Shown here: in pieces, positions 40,654 to 50,903 of the stretch
Layout of the letters: every line of letters starts with the position of its first letter
Numbering within the stretch: the first letter of the stretch is position 1
Assembly: GCA_938085445.1 (NCBI GenBank)
Contig: CALKGR010000003.1
Coordinates: 32,001-96,000, forward strand
Direction: 5' to 3'
From: an uncultured Rubripirellula sp.
GTDB lineage: Bacteria > Planctomycetota > Planctomycetia > Pirellulales > Pirellulaceae
Length of the DNA: 64,000 nucleotides
Notes under the pieces: model-generated
The model's input: only the letters and a program-made list of their open reading frames with translations
What the model was told of the DNA's origin: nothing
The model's database searches: none
Made by a program: the position numbers and the translations under genes

Positions 40654-42252
40654 CTAGCCGAAGAATTTTGCCAATTTTTCTTCACTCGGTGTTGGCGTTA
40701 CCAGCGATACCAAAATCATGGTAACGGTCGAGCTCAGCATCATGGCTACGACTGGCATCAATTCATAACTCTCTCCACCAATCGGCAGTTCCAACACGAA
40801 CTTGCTCAGACCGCCTTGTTCAATCGGTACCTTGGTACCCTGATAAAACAGGATGCACCAACTGGTGATCGCGGCAAAGATTCCACTAATAGCCCCTGCT
40901 GCACTGAGACCACGCCAATACAGTGCTGCCACCACGATCGGAAACAGTGCACTAAAACCACTGAAGCACCAAACACCAAGAGCAAAAACACTTCGTACAT
41001 TTCCTAGACTTAGAAAATAGGTAATCGCAACAATCCCAATGATGAACAGTCGAGTGAACATGACCTGTTGTCGATCAGTGAACCGATCTTTGCCTGCCAG
41101 ATGCGTCACCACATCATTGTTGAAGATCGTACCAATGCACAGGAACTGACTATCCAGACTGGACATGATCGCAGCCAGAATACCTGCAGCGAGGAATCCT
41201 CCTAAAATTGGTCCAGTCTGGGTTTTCACGAGAAACGGCAGGATAGTGTTGGGATTGGCTGGCAAGTGCATCTCTGCAGGAAGACCAGTCGCCCAAATCC
41301 CGACCAGCACACATGGAACCCAGACAATCATGATAAAGAACGGATGACAAACGACCGGCAACTTGAAGGCATGTGAACTTTTAGCCGTCATCCAATGTTG
41401 AAAGAGATGCGGAAACATTCCAACCGAAAGCGGAATTAAAAGGTACGTAAAGAACTTCGTCTTACTCATTTCAGATCGGGTAACTTTATCCTCCGGAACC
41501 GAATTGGCTAATGTCTTGAGATTATCAAGGAGGGATTCCTGGCCACCCAATTTGTTCGCAATCACAAAGAAGGTCACCACACCTAAAATCATGAAGACCA
41601 GTGTCTGAAAGGTGTTCGCCCAAGTTGTTCCACGCATGCCACCAAAAAAGACATAAACCAGAACAACAACACAGATCACCATCGATCCTAACCAAGGTGG
41701 TACACCGCCATGCAAAGCCGGGTTCGCATTGCCCTCTGCGTCAAAAACTTGAAACATTGGAAAGTCGGGTGCTAAGCCGCCCGTCAGCGACTGAATGACT
41801 GATCCGCCGCTAATCACCCCGATCAAAAGGTAGGGAATCACCAGCCCAACCAAAATTGGAAACATCAGGTAACCGACAAAATCACTATCGAGTCGATCAC
41901 GGAAAAACTCAATTTGTGTCGTGTACTTGTAACGACGGGCTAATTTCCAGACCTTGACCCCAATCAAAAAGAAACAAAGCGAATGTACGATGCCACTGCT
42001 GCTAGCAAGCATCCCATAAACACCCACCCCCTCACGAAATGCCTCGCCGCTGCTACCAACCAAAGCAAACGCCGTCATCGTTGTTCCGAAAATACTCATC
42101 AACAACAAAAATGGACCAATCGAATGGCTTGCAACTTGGTAATCTTCCTTAGTGCCCTTGAATAAACGGCTTGAGAGCAGCCCCAATGCAAGAAGCAAGC
42201 CTAAGTAGACAAGGATGATGATCAGTTGTGGTAATCCTGGATGATCCATCAT
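40654..42252 (-). CDS. Sodium:solute symporter family protein
   Basis: Many TM helices, YVFFGGMRGTTW and LAAIMSSLDSQ. Confidence 0.92.
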   Translation of the reverse strand: MMDHPGLPQLIIILVYLGLLLALGLLSSRLFKGTKEDYQVASHSIGPFLLLMSIFGTTMTAFALVGSSGEAFREGVGVYGMLASSSGIVHSLCFFLIGVKVWKLARRYKYTTQIEFFRDRLDSDFVGYLMFPILVGLVIPYLLIGVISGGSVIQSLTGGLAPDFPMFQVFDAEGNANPALHGGVPPWLGSMVICVVVLVYVFFGGMRGTTWANTFQTLVFMILGVVTFFVIANKLGGQESLLDNLKTLANSVPEDKVTRSEMSKTKFFTYLLIPLSVGMFPHLFQHWMTAKSSHAFKLPVVCHPFFIMIVWVPCVLVGIWATGLPAEMHLPANPNTILPFLVKTQTGPILGGFLAAGILAAIMSSLDSQFLCIGTIFNNDVVTHLAGKDRFTDRQQVMFTRLFIIGIVAITYFLSLGNVRSVFALGVWCFSGFSALFPIVVAALYWRGLSAAGAISGIFAAITSWCILFYQGTKVPIEQGGLSKFVLELPIGGESYELMPVVAMMLSSTVTMILVSLVTPTPSEEKLAKFFG

Positions 42253-42485
42253 TCGCCTCCCTCGTGCTCTTCGAGGTCATCTGACAGAGGCCAAGCGATA
42301 CGAGTCGCAAGAAACCAAGTAGCAACGGCCGCCAAGGAAATGCAAGCATGCCAAAAAAGAGCGATCGGAATGAATCCAAACACGAGCGTGGCATCCGTCC
42401 AAAACCAATTATCTTGATGAAGAATAAGCAACAGCAGTACAAGACCCGCGATAATCAGCGGCCCCGAGGACTTGGAAGCTTTCAT
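42249..42485 (-). CDS. DUF3311-like small membrane partner of the symporter
   Basis: LHQDNWFW...LVFGFIP two-TM protein; ATGA overlap with the symporter start. Confidence 0.8.
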   Translation of the reverse strand: MKASKSSGPLIIAGLVLLLLILHQDNWFWTDATLVFGFIPIALFWHACISLAAVATWFLATRIAWPLSDDLEEHEGGE

Positions 42486-42740
42486 CTGTTGCCTCATGGG
42501 AACAGGGAAATATGACAAAGAGCGAACGAAAACCGGTTCCGAACAGTCTAGACACCTGCAACCAGTTGACAGCAGTGTAATTCAGACCGGGTCAGGACAA
42601 AATTAGGCTCACGACACCGTGAGTAGCAGTTCGATATCGGACAAGTGTGAATATCGTGTCGAGCCGGTCAAATGAGTCAGCTAAGATTTTGACCTTGGTT
42701 ATTAAAATAGACGCATGAGACCTCGCTAAAAGGCGTATTT

Positions 42741-44546
42741 TTGGAGACTTGGGAAGCCTGGCTGACCATCGCTGTAGCCTGCATGTTGCTGGTGGGTTTA
42801 GCGCTGCGCATCGCGGCAACTGATATTTTAGCCCTGTTTTGTCTCGGAATTCTCGTATTAATTCAGAACATCACAGGCTCCGACGCCCTCCCAACACCCG
42901 AGCAAGCGGTCGCTGGTTTTGGGAATCAAGGGCTGATCACGATTGCCCTCTTATTCGCGGTGGTCGCGGGTCTGGAGTGCACGGGTGGAACAGAATTAGC
43001 CACCGGCTGGTTCCTCAATAAAGCAAGGAACCTTACGACTGCTCAGGCCAGATTATTTGTTCCAGTCGCGGTGTTGAGTGGATTTCTCAACAATACTCCG
43101 GTCGTCGTTGCCCTGATGCCCGTGGTAAACGACTTGGCCAAACGCATTTCGGCTAGTACCAGCCGGCTGTTATTGCCACTAAGTTACGCGGCCATCTTGG
43201 GTGGCATGTGCACTCTGATCGGTACCAGCACCAACTTGATCATCGCTGATCTGAATACACAGGCAATTGCAAGCGGCAGTATCGCAAAACCGCTTCACTT
43301 TTTTTCACCCGCCGCTGTAGGAATCCCGGCAACCATCATCGGCTTGATTTACATGATGGTTGCATCGCGTTGGCTGCTACCAGAGCGACGTCCAGCTGTC
43401 AGTGTCAGTGACGACCCCCGTCAGTACACGGTTGAAATGCAGGTCGATCCGACGGGGCCTTTGGTGGGTCGCAGTATCGAAGAAGCAGGCCTGCGTCATC
43501 TACCGGGACTTTATATTGCCGAGATTCAACGCGAAGATGGCATCATTGCAGCGGCAAAACCCAATGAGCGTTTGAGACCAGATGATGTATTGATTTTGGT
43601 AGGCGCACTGGAAAGTGTTGTTGATCTTAGGAAGATCCGAGGGTTGACGATCCCCGATGACCAGGCTCGCAAACTGGAAGTCCCTGCTTGGCGGCGAACA
43701 CTGGTCGAAGCAGTTGTCAGCACACGATGCGGTTTGCTCGGCAAAACAATTCGTGAGGGTAGGTTTCGTTCACACTACAACGCTGCGGTGGTTGCTGTTG
43801 CTCGAGGTGATAAACGCCTGACTGGTAAACTCGGAGACGTGCGATTGGAGGTTGGTGATGTGCTACTGCTGGAAGCCTCACCGTCGTTTTTACATCGCCG
43901 CCGTGAATCACGTGACTTCTTTCTTGTCAGTGCCGTAGAACAGGGCACAGTACGACGTCCCGAAAAAGCTTGGATCTCGATTACTATCCTGTTGTCAATG
44001 GTTTTGGCCGCGACCACGACGGGAATTTCTATTCTGACTGCTGCATTGCTGGCGGCTGTTGCCATGGTCGGCTTCCGTTGCTGCACTACTGGTGAAGCAA
44101 GACGAAGTGTCGACTGGTCTGTGCTAATTGTGATTGGAGCAGCCATTGGTATTGGTATGGCCATGGAACAAAGTCAGGCCGCTCAGGGAATCGCCATGGG
44201 ACTGCTGGGAATCGCGGGCGAAAATCCGATGCTGACCTTAGCGGCGGTCTATCTGGCAACCATGCTGTGCACTGAGTTGATTACCAATAATGCAGCTGCA
44301 GTTCTGATGTTTCCCATCGCTCTAGAGACCGCGACGGGCCTGCAAGCTAATCCGACACCCTTCGTGATTGCCGTCATGATTGCTGCTTCTGCCAGCTTTA
44401 TTACCCCGTTTGGCTATCAAACTAATCTCATGGTTTATGGTGTGGGCGGCTATCGGTTCTATGACTACGTACGATTTGGACTGCCATTGAGCATCATCGT
44501 GTTTATGGTCACGATGGTTGTGGTCCCTCAGGTTTGGCCTTTGTGA
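42741..44546 (+). CDS. SLC13/DASS family permease with TrkA-C domains
   Basis: SGFLNNTP, GGMCTLIGTSTN, two RCK-C-like domains, TELITNNAAA and TPFGYQTNLMV; TTG start. Confidence 0.9.
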   Translation: METWEAWLTIAVACMLLVGLALRIAATDILALFCLGILVLIQNITGSDALPTPEQAVAGFGNQGLITIALLFAVVAGLECTGGTELATGWFLNKARNLTTAQARLFVPVAVLSGFLNNTPVVVALMPVVNDLAKRISASTSRLLLPLSYAAILGGMCTLIGTSTNLIIADLNTQAIASGSIAKPLHFFSPAAVGIPATIIGLIYMMVASRWLLPERRPAVSVSDDPRQYTVEMQVDPTGPLVGRSIEEAGLRHLPGLYIAEIQREDGIIAAAKPNERLRPDDVLILVGALESVVDLRKIRGLTIPDDQARKLEVPAWRRTLVEAVVSTRCGLLGKTIREGRFRSHYNAAVVAVARGDKRLTGKLGDVRLEVGDVLLLEASPSFLHRRRESRDFFLVSAVEQGTVRRPEKAWISITILLSMVLAATTTGISILTAALLAAVAMVGFRCCTTGEARRSVDWSVLIVIGAAIGIGMAMEQSQAAQGIAMGLLGIAGENPMLTLAAVYLATMLCTELITNNAAAVLMFPIALETATGLQANPTPFVIAVMIAASASFITPFGYQTNLMVYGVGGYRFYDYVRFGLPLSIIVFMVTMVVVPQVWPL

Positions 44547-44586
44547 TACCGCCCACAGGTTGTGAGTCTGCACCAAATAGCAGCCT

Positions 44587-47500
44587 ATGCCTATCTCCAT
44601 TGATGATGTCGCAGTTGGCGATGCAAAAGCTATGAAATTCCGTCCACAGAGCCCTTCCCTCAATGCGGCATCGCGCCCACAGCGAACACCGCAAAACCAG
44701 GCGCCACAAAATGACAGCACTGCTAATGACAGCACTGCGTTAGAGCTAACGATCGATAATGCAATGCGAGTCGATCAGTACCGATTGAAGCGCGCACAGC
44801 AACGGTTGTCTGTGGATGAGTACGAGGCACAACTAAAAAAGTCAGTCGATCTGCATGCCACGCGGATAGCAGCTCAGCCCTGTATTGAATACTCCGATGA
44901 ACTACCGATCAGCCAACATCGTGATGAGCTGATTGAGTTGATTCGCAGCCGCCAAGTGATTGTGGTTTGTGGAGAAACGGGAAGTGGTAAGAGTACCCAG
45001 TTGCCTAAGATCCTGCTGGAATCAGGATTGGGTCGCAAGGCCATGATTGGCCATACTCAACCTCGCCGACTTGCTGCACGCAGTATCGCCACGCGGCTTG
45101 CAGAAGAACTACAAACCCCACTGGGTGAATTGGTGGGCTATCAGGTCCGATTCGGCGATCAAACCAGCGAGCGTTCGCTGGTCAAATCGATGACCGATGG
45201 AATTCTACTGGCGGAAACCCAATCTGATCATTTCCTCGACGCTTACGATGCAATCATCATTGACGAAGCGCACGAGCGTTCTTTGAACATTGATTTTCTG
45301 CTGGGCTTCCTGCGACGGCTGCAGGGCAAAAGAAGCGACCTCAAGATCGTCATCACCTCTGCGACGATTGATGCTGACAGGTTCTCAGAGCACTTCTCTG
45401 ATGAGCTCGGTCCTGCTCCCATTGTTAACGTGGAGGGTCGTGGATTTCCCGTCGAAATGGTTTACCTGCCATGGGAAGAAGTGGTTGCTGATGAAACACG
45501 AGTTCCTGATCTTTCTCAGCATGTAATCAAAGGAATCGAAACAGCAGGGCGGAGTGGACCTGGAGACATGCTTGTTTTCCTACCCACTGAACGCGACATT
45601 CGGGAAGTTTCTCACCGTGTCGGCTCTCATTATCATCGGCTGGGAATGGAGAAACAGGTTGACTTGCTGCCTCTTTATGCTCGCCTGCCACAATCCGAAC
45701 AGCAAAGAATCTTTCACCCACAGGGCGGTAAACGCCGGATCATTTTTGCAACCAATGTTGCTGAGAGTTCTTTAACGGTTCCGGGCATCAGGTACGTCAT
45801 CGATTCGGGTACAGCTCGCATCAGCCGGTACAGTGCCCGAAGCAAAATGCAGCGACTGCCCATCGAACCAGTCAGCAGAGCCAGTGCTGATCAACGAGCC
45901 GGAAGATGTGGTCGAATCGGACCCGGTGTCTGTATCAGACTGTATTCACAGGAAGATTACGAGTCGCGTGATGAGTTCACCACGCCCGAAATCAGACGCA
46001 CCAATCTTGCCTCGGTCGTGTTGCAAACAAAAACCTTGAAACTGGGAAAACTCGAGGAATTTCCTCTGCTTGATCCGCCAAGATCTGAAGCCATTCGTGA
46101 AGGAATCCGCACCCTGTTTGAACTGGGAGCACTGGACACAAAACAGCAACTCACCGACATCGGAAGGCAACTGGGACGATTCCCAGTCGATCCACGCGTC
46201 GGTCGAATGATTCTGGCTGCCGATGAAAATGGTGTGCTACCAGAAGTTCTACCCATCGCTGCGGCACTCGAAATTCAGGATCCACGTGACCGCCCCCCAG
46301 AGAAAAAGCAAGCGGCGGACGAAGCACACGCCGCATTCATTGACAGCCGAAGTGACTTTTTATCTTATCTCCGATTATGGCGTTACTATGAACAAGCCCG
46401 CAGCGATCATAGTCGCAACAAATTAACTCGCGTGCTTCGGAAACAGTTTCTGTCACCCAATCGAATGCGAGAATGGTCGGACGTTTACCGACAACTCAAA
46501 GAAATGGCCGCATCGGCGGGATCCCATCGATCAAAAAACCGCAGACGATCGATCGGTACCATTCAGTACAGCGATGACCAAACGCGCATCGTCGATGACG
46601 ATCGTTATGCTGCTATCCATCAATCGTTGATGACCGGGTTATTATCGGGCATCGCCATGGCGGGTGAGAAAAATGAATACAACGGTGCAGGTGGTCTAAA
46701 ACTGTTTCTCTGGCCAGGCAGTGGCGTGTCCAATACCAAGCCCAAATGGGTGATCGCTGGTGAACTCGTCGAAACCTCTCGGCAGTTTGCCCGTACTGTT
46801 GCACGGATCGATCCCGCATGGATTGAGAAGATCGCTGGTCATCTGCTCAAACGCTCTCATCAGGATCCACACTGGAGTACGAAATCCGGGGGCGCGTTTT
46901 GCTATGAAAACATGTTCTTGTTCGGACTACCCATCGTCACCCGACGCCGTGTTCCGTTGCCACCGCTGGATTCAGTCACCGCCCGCACTCTGATGATTGA
47001 ACACGGACTCGTTGAAAGACAGTTACGAACCACAGCAAAATTCGTCAGATATAACCAAGCCATGCTCGACGCGATCGAGAAACTGGCTGCAAAAACTCGG
47101 CGCCGAGATCTTGTCGTTGACAGCTATCAAATTGCCAAGTTCTACCAATCACAATTACCCGAAAATGTCTGTGACCGAGGTCGACTCGAAAAGCTTGACC
47201 GTGAAACCATCACACCACCATGGGCCAAAGGCCCTATCGAAACCAACTGGCTCACCCAATGGTTGGAAAGTACTGCCCCGTCAACTGAATCCGGCGGTAT
47301 TTACATGCGTCCGGTCGATGTGCTGGATCTAGCCTTTGAAACTCCGGGCGAAAATGAATTCCCCGACGTGCTCACCGTGGGCAATTCAAAACTACCTCTC
47401 GATTACCATTTCGAACCTGGTTCCGAACGAGACGGAGTCAGTATGACAGTCCATCAATCAGCCTTGTCGCAAATCAGTGACGATCGGCTCGGTTGGTTAG

Positions 47501-48726
47501 TGCCGGGACTGCTTCAGCCAAAATTGATCAGCATGATCAAATCATTACCCAAACGTATTCGACGCAACCTTGTACCGGCCGCTGATGTGGCCAAAAAGAT
47601 CGCTAACGAGTTGGAGCCAAATTACGGAAAAGTACCTTTCATGGAAACGGTCTGTGCTGCCATGTCGGAACATGCTGACACGCCCATTCGGGCAACCGAT
47701 TTTCAAGCTGAAAAGATGGGTCAACAGTTCAATATGCTGGTTCAGGTTGTTGACGATGACGGTGAACTGATTGCTGAAAGCCGACAAGTCACCGAATTGC
47801 AGCAGCAATTTGATGACACACATTCATCGTCCAATGTGACACAAACAGATCCAGCAGATGAATCATGGGCCCGTACCTCCATGACTGACTTTGAGATCGA
47901 AATGCTGCCAGTTGAGGTGATCCGGTTGCGAGGCGGTGTTCAAGTCGCACAGTATCCGGGATTGCGAATTCAGGGGGACAAGGTGGCAACTGATCTGTTT
48001 GCTGATCAAGCAACTGCCGAAGTAGCGATCTTGAACGGTGTCACAAAACTATACGCTTTAAGTGAACGCAAAGAACTCCGCAACCAAGTGCGTTGGTTGC
48101 CAGATTTACAGGCAATCAAAGTCAAACTTTCAGGACTGCTTAAAGCTGATGATCTTGAAAATTCTCTCATTGATCTGGTAGCCAGAATTGCATTCGTGGA
48201 AAACATGCCGGTCGTGCGTACACATGATGAATTCAATTCACGTCGACAGGATCGGGGTCAGCGCATCGCCATTGCTACGCAAGATGTCGCAGCTTGGCTA
48301 GGTAATTTTGCTGAGCATACGTTCATCGTCCGGCGTGAGTTGGAAAACTCCCGGGGAAGTGAGCGAATGGCAAATGTCAGCAGCGATGTGCAACAACAGA
48401 TCGATTGGTTGATACACCCCAGGTTTCTTTCATGTACGCCGTGGGAATGGTTAAAACATTACCCGCGATACATGAAAGGCATCGCTTACCGCCTTGAAAA
48501 AGTAAAAAGCGGTGCTGCATCGCGAGACCGTAGTGCCACCGACACCATCACTGATCTGACACGACGTTGGCTAATGATGATCCCTGAAAAAGAACAAAGC
48601 CCAGACCGTCAGGCAATGTCCGAATTTCGGTGGATGATCGAGGAATTGAGAGTTAGCATGTTTGCACAACCCCTGGGGACTTCTATCAAAATCTCACCGC
48701 AACGATGTGAAAAGTTGCTACGCTAA
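44587..48726 (+). CDS. hrpA: ATP-dependent DEAH-box RNA helicase HrpA
   Basis: GETGSGKST, DEAH, SAT, QRAGRCGR and C-terminal RWMIEELRVSMFAQ. Confidence 0.95.
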   Translation: MPISIDDVAVGDAKAMKFRPQSPSLNAASRPQRTPQNQAPQNDSTANDSTALELTIDNAMRVDQYRLKRAQQRLSVDEYEAQLKKSVDLHATRIAAQPCIEYSDELPISQHRDELIELIRSRQVIVVCGETGSGKSTQLPKILLESGLGRKAMIGHTQPRRLAARSIATRLAEELQTPLGELVGYQVRFGDQTSERSLVKSMTDGILLAETQSDHFLDAYDAIIIDEAHERSLNIDFLLGFLRRLQGKRSDLKIVITSATIDADRFSEHFSDELGPAPIVNVEGRGFPVEMVYLPWEEVVADETRVPDLSQHVIKGIETAGRSGPGDMLVFLPTERDIREVSHRVGSHYHRLGMEKQVDLLPLYARLPQSEQQRIFHPQGGKRRIIFATNVAESSLTVPGIRYVIDSGTARISRYSARSKMQRLPIEPVSRASADQRAGRCGRIGPGVCIRLYSQEDYESRDEFTTPEIRRTNLASVVLQTKTLKLGKLEEFPLLDPPRSEAIREGIRTLFELGALDTKQQLTDIGRQLGRFPVDPRVGRMILAADENGVLPEVLPIAAALEIQDPRDRPPEKKQAADEAHAAFIDSRSDFLSYLRLWRYYEQARSDHSRNKLTRVLRKQFLSPNRMREWSDVYRQLKEMAASAGSHRSKNRRRSIGTIQYSDDQTRIVDDDRYAAIHQSLMTGLLSGIAMAGEKNEYNGAGGLKLFLWPGSGVSNTKPKWVIAGELVETSRQFARTVARIDPAWIEKIAGHLLKRSHQDPHWSTKSGGAFCYENMFLFGLPIVTRRRVPLPPLDSVTARTLMIEHGLVERQLRTTAKFVRYNQAMLDAIEKLAAKTRRRDLVVDSYQIAKFYQSQLPENVCDRGRLEKLDRETITPPWAKGPIETNWLTQWLESTAPSTESGGIYMRPVDVLDLAFETPGENEFPDVLTVGNSKLPLDYHFEPGSERDGVSMTVHQSALSQISDDRLGWLVPGLLQPKLISMIKSLPKRIRRNLVPAADVAKKIANELEPNYGKVPFMETVCAAMSEHADTPIRATDFQAEKMGQQFNMLVQVVDDDGELIAESRQVTELQQQFDDTHSSSNVTQTDPADESWARTSMTDFEIEMLPVEVIRLRGGVQVAQYPGLRIQGDKVATDLFADQATAEVAILNGVTKLYALSERKELRNQVRWLPDLQAIKVKLSGLLKADDLENSLIDLVARIAFVENMPVVRTHDEFNSRRQDRGQRIAIATQDVAAWLGNFAEHTFIVRRELENSRGSERMANVSSDVQQQIDWLIHPRFLSCTPWEWLKHYPRYMKGIAYRLEKVKSGAASRDRSATDTITDLTRRWLMMIPEKEQSPDRQAMSEFRWMIEELRVSMFAQPLGTSIKISPQRCEKLLR

Positions 48727-48772
48727 GTTTAACAAGCGATTTTCACGCTCATCTGAAAAGTACGATTCTCCC

Positions 48773-50023
48773 ATGGTCCTTGAAGACCTAGAAAATGACG
48801 ACCAGCCATCGAAAACCCGGTTGCTCCCGCCGCTAATGTCGTTGGTACTTCATGGCTTACTTGCCCTCATCTTGTGGTTGCTTGCTTTTGAAGGAAAACC
48901 TCGGGCCTCGATTCGTCTCACAGCTTCACTGAGCGCCCCCAGCAGCACAGTGTCCCTGAAATTACCTCAAACGGTCAAACCGGTTGACCCAGTCATCGTC
49001 GGCGGGGAAGAGCCTGCTAGATCAACTGATTCCACCATTTCAGATCTGCTATTGGAAGCTCTCTCAGACACCATGATGGACGTCGCTGATCAGACAGATC
49101 TAAAAGAGGAAATCGAAGAAAATCAAGAATCAACTTCGATCGCTAACTTCTTCGGATCGGAAGCGATTGGTAGCAAATTTGTATTCGTCGTCGATATTTC
49201 ATTAAGCATGGATGCACGTAACATGGCACGATATCGACGTGCCAAAGAAGAATTACTCCGATCAGTATCAGATCTGACTTCGGAACAGAGTTACACGGTA
49301 CTTCTATTTTCCTGGCGGACCAAAACGATGCGGTACGATCGGCCACCTGCTTGGATAAAAGCTGAAAAGCATCACGAGAACAGATTGAGTCGTTGGCTCG
49401 ACGATGTCAAATTGAGTTCGGGGACTGATCCGAGGGATGCCTTATCGTTGGCGAAAATGATGCAACCTGACGCAATTTTCTTGCTGTCAGATGGACAATT
49501 TAATTACCCCAATACACCGCTCACGGAAACGGGTTGGCTACTTACCAATGGAGAAAGATCACAACTGAGTGTCTCGGATGGAATTGCCACCTACATGTCA
49601 TCGATTCCCATCCACAGCATCTCATTTGAAAATCCATTTACCAAGGATGCCATGGAACAGATTGCGAAACTCAGTGGCGGAATTTTTCGCTACGTCAAAA
49701 CGGAGTCACTCATTCCGGTGGATTCACAACGCTTTCTTCATGTGGTCGGGCTGATTGAGGATACCTACCAGAACACCTCTGAGCGAAGTTCAGAACTTCA
49801 ACGTCGGATGTCTTTTGCACGCGATTTTATTGCCGATGGGGAATTCGCGTTCGCTGAGTACATTATCCGACCAGTTCGTGATGCAAACTCAGCGGACATT
49901 AATAATCCAATCCTACGTAAGATCCTGCTAAAGATTCTGGATGAAGAACTGGGTGATACGCGTTTGGAAGATCTGCCAATGACTTCGGATGTCGAGCAGT
50001 GGGTCCTTGACCACGACTCTTGA
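48773..50023 (+). CDS. Membrane-anchored vWA-domain protein
   Basis: SLVLHG TM anchor; FVFVVDISLSM (DxSxS MIDAS), GTDP and IFLLSDG. Confidence 0.85.
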   Translation: MVLEDLENDDQPSKTRLLPPLMSLVLHGLLALILWLLAFEGKPRASIRLTASLSAPSSTVSLKLPQTVKPVDPVIVGGEEPARSTDSTISDLLLEALSDTMMDVADQTDLKEEIEENQESTSIANFFGSEAIGSKFVFVVDISLSMDARNMARYRRAKEELLRSVSDLTSEQSYTVLLFSWRTKTMRYDRPPAWIKAEKHHENRLSRWLDDVKLSSGTDPRDALSLAKMMQPDAIFLLSDGQFNYPNTPLTETGWLLTNGERSQLSVSDGIATYMSSIPIHSISFENPFTKDAMEQIAKLSGGIFRYVKTESLIPVDSQRFLHVVGLIEDTYQNTSERSSELQRRMSFARDFIADGEFAFAEYIIRPVRDANSADINNPILRKILLKILDEELGDTRLEDLPMTSDVEQWVLDHDS

Positions 50024-50096
50024 GAACCGGCCAATTGGATCAAGACGCGTGTTACCAGCCGCCAGCGACCCCAATTAATTTTGAAGGTGTGGCAGG

Positions 50097-50528
50097 CTAA
50101 CCCAGCTCGTGATGCATTTTCCAATGAGGTATTCCCACCTCCATGAAACGGTTGCCCACCGTCTGGTAGCCCAAGCCCTGATAGAAAGCAACCGCCTCTT
50201 CGCGAGCATTCAATTCAATCTTTGGGAAGCCTCGTCGCTGTAGTGCTAACTCTATCTGGTGTATAAGACTGGAACCGAGACCTTGTCGTTGATAGTTTTC
50301 GTGAACAGCCATCTGTCGTAGCTTAGCCAAATCAGCGGAAAGAGGAACGATGACAGCACAAGCTCGAACCTGCTCCTCATCCACCAGAGCGAAATGCAAT
50401 TCTGATGACTCCGCTGCTAATTCCTCTGACGAGAATGCGAGCCCCAAAGGGGCTCGCAACAAACGATCACGCAGTTCAATTTCCTGGCTGTAGAGATTGC
50501 CATTCCAATCGATTTCAACAAATTCCAT
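50097..50528 (-). CDS. GNAT family N-acetyltransferase
   Basis: RQMAV..YQRQGLGS, FYQGLGY and EVGIPH. Confidence 0.9.
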   Translation of the reverse strand: MEFVEIDWNGNLYSQEIELRDRLLRAPLGLAFSSEELAAESSELHFALVDEEQVRACAVIVPLSADLAKLRQMAVHENYQRQGLGSSLIHQIELALQRRGFPKIELNAREEAVAFYQGLGYQTVGNRFMEVGIPHWKMHHELG

Positions 50529-50546
50529 CTGTTATGTTCCCAAAAG

Positions 50547-50819
50547 TCAATTTCCCAACCAAAAAATTCCAATCGCAGCCACAAGATTAATCACGACGCA
50601 GATACCAAACCTGATTCGGTAGGACTGCTTACGAGTCTTATGGCGAATTCGATTTCCTGTGATCCAAGCTCCCGGCCAACCACCCAACAGACACCACAAG
50701 AGCAACGTCCGTTCTGAAATACGACCGCGTTCGTGAACTGCCATTCTTTTGTCCCAAACATACAGTCCAGCTGTCACGCAACTGCTCAGTGCGGTCCAAA
50801 TTAATATTGTTTTCAGCAT
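50547..50819 (-). CDS. DUF1294 family membrane protein
   Basis: YVWDK..A....RISERTL....GGWPGA......HKTRK. Confidence 0.88.
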   Translation of the reverse strand: MLKTILIWTALSSCVTAGLYVWDKRMAVHERGRISERTLLLWCLLGGWPGAWITGNRIRHKTRKQSYRIRFGICVVINLVAAIGIFWLGN

Positions 50820-50903
50820 ATTGGTCTGACATCCGATCTTCTCAGTATTTGCAACTATCATCTCTTTGCTCCGTTATCGTTACCAGAATCAGGCTTTCTT
50901 TGC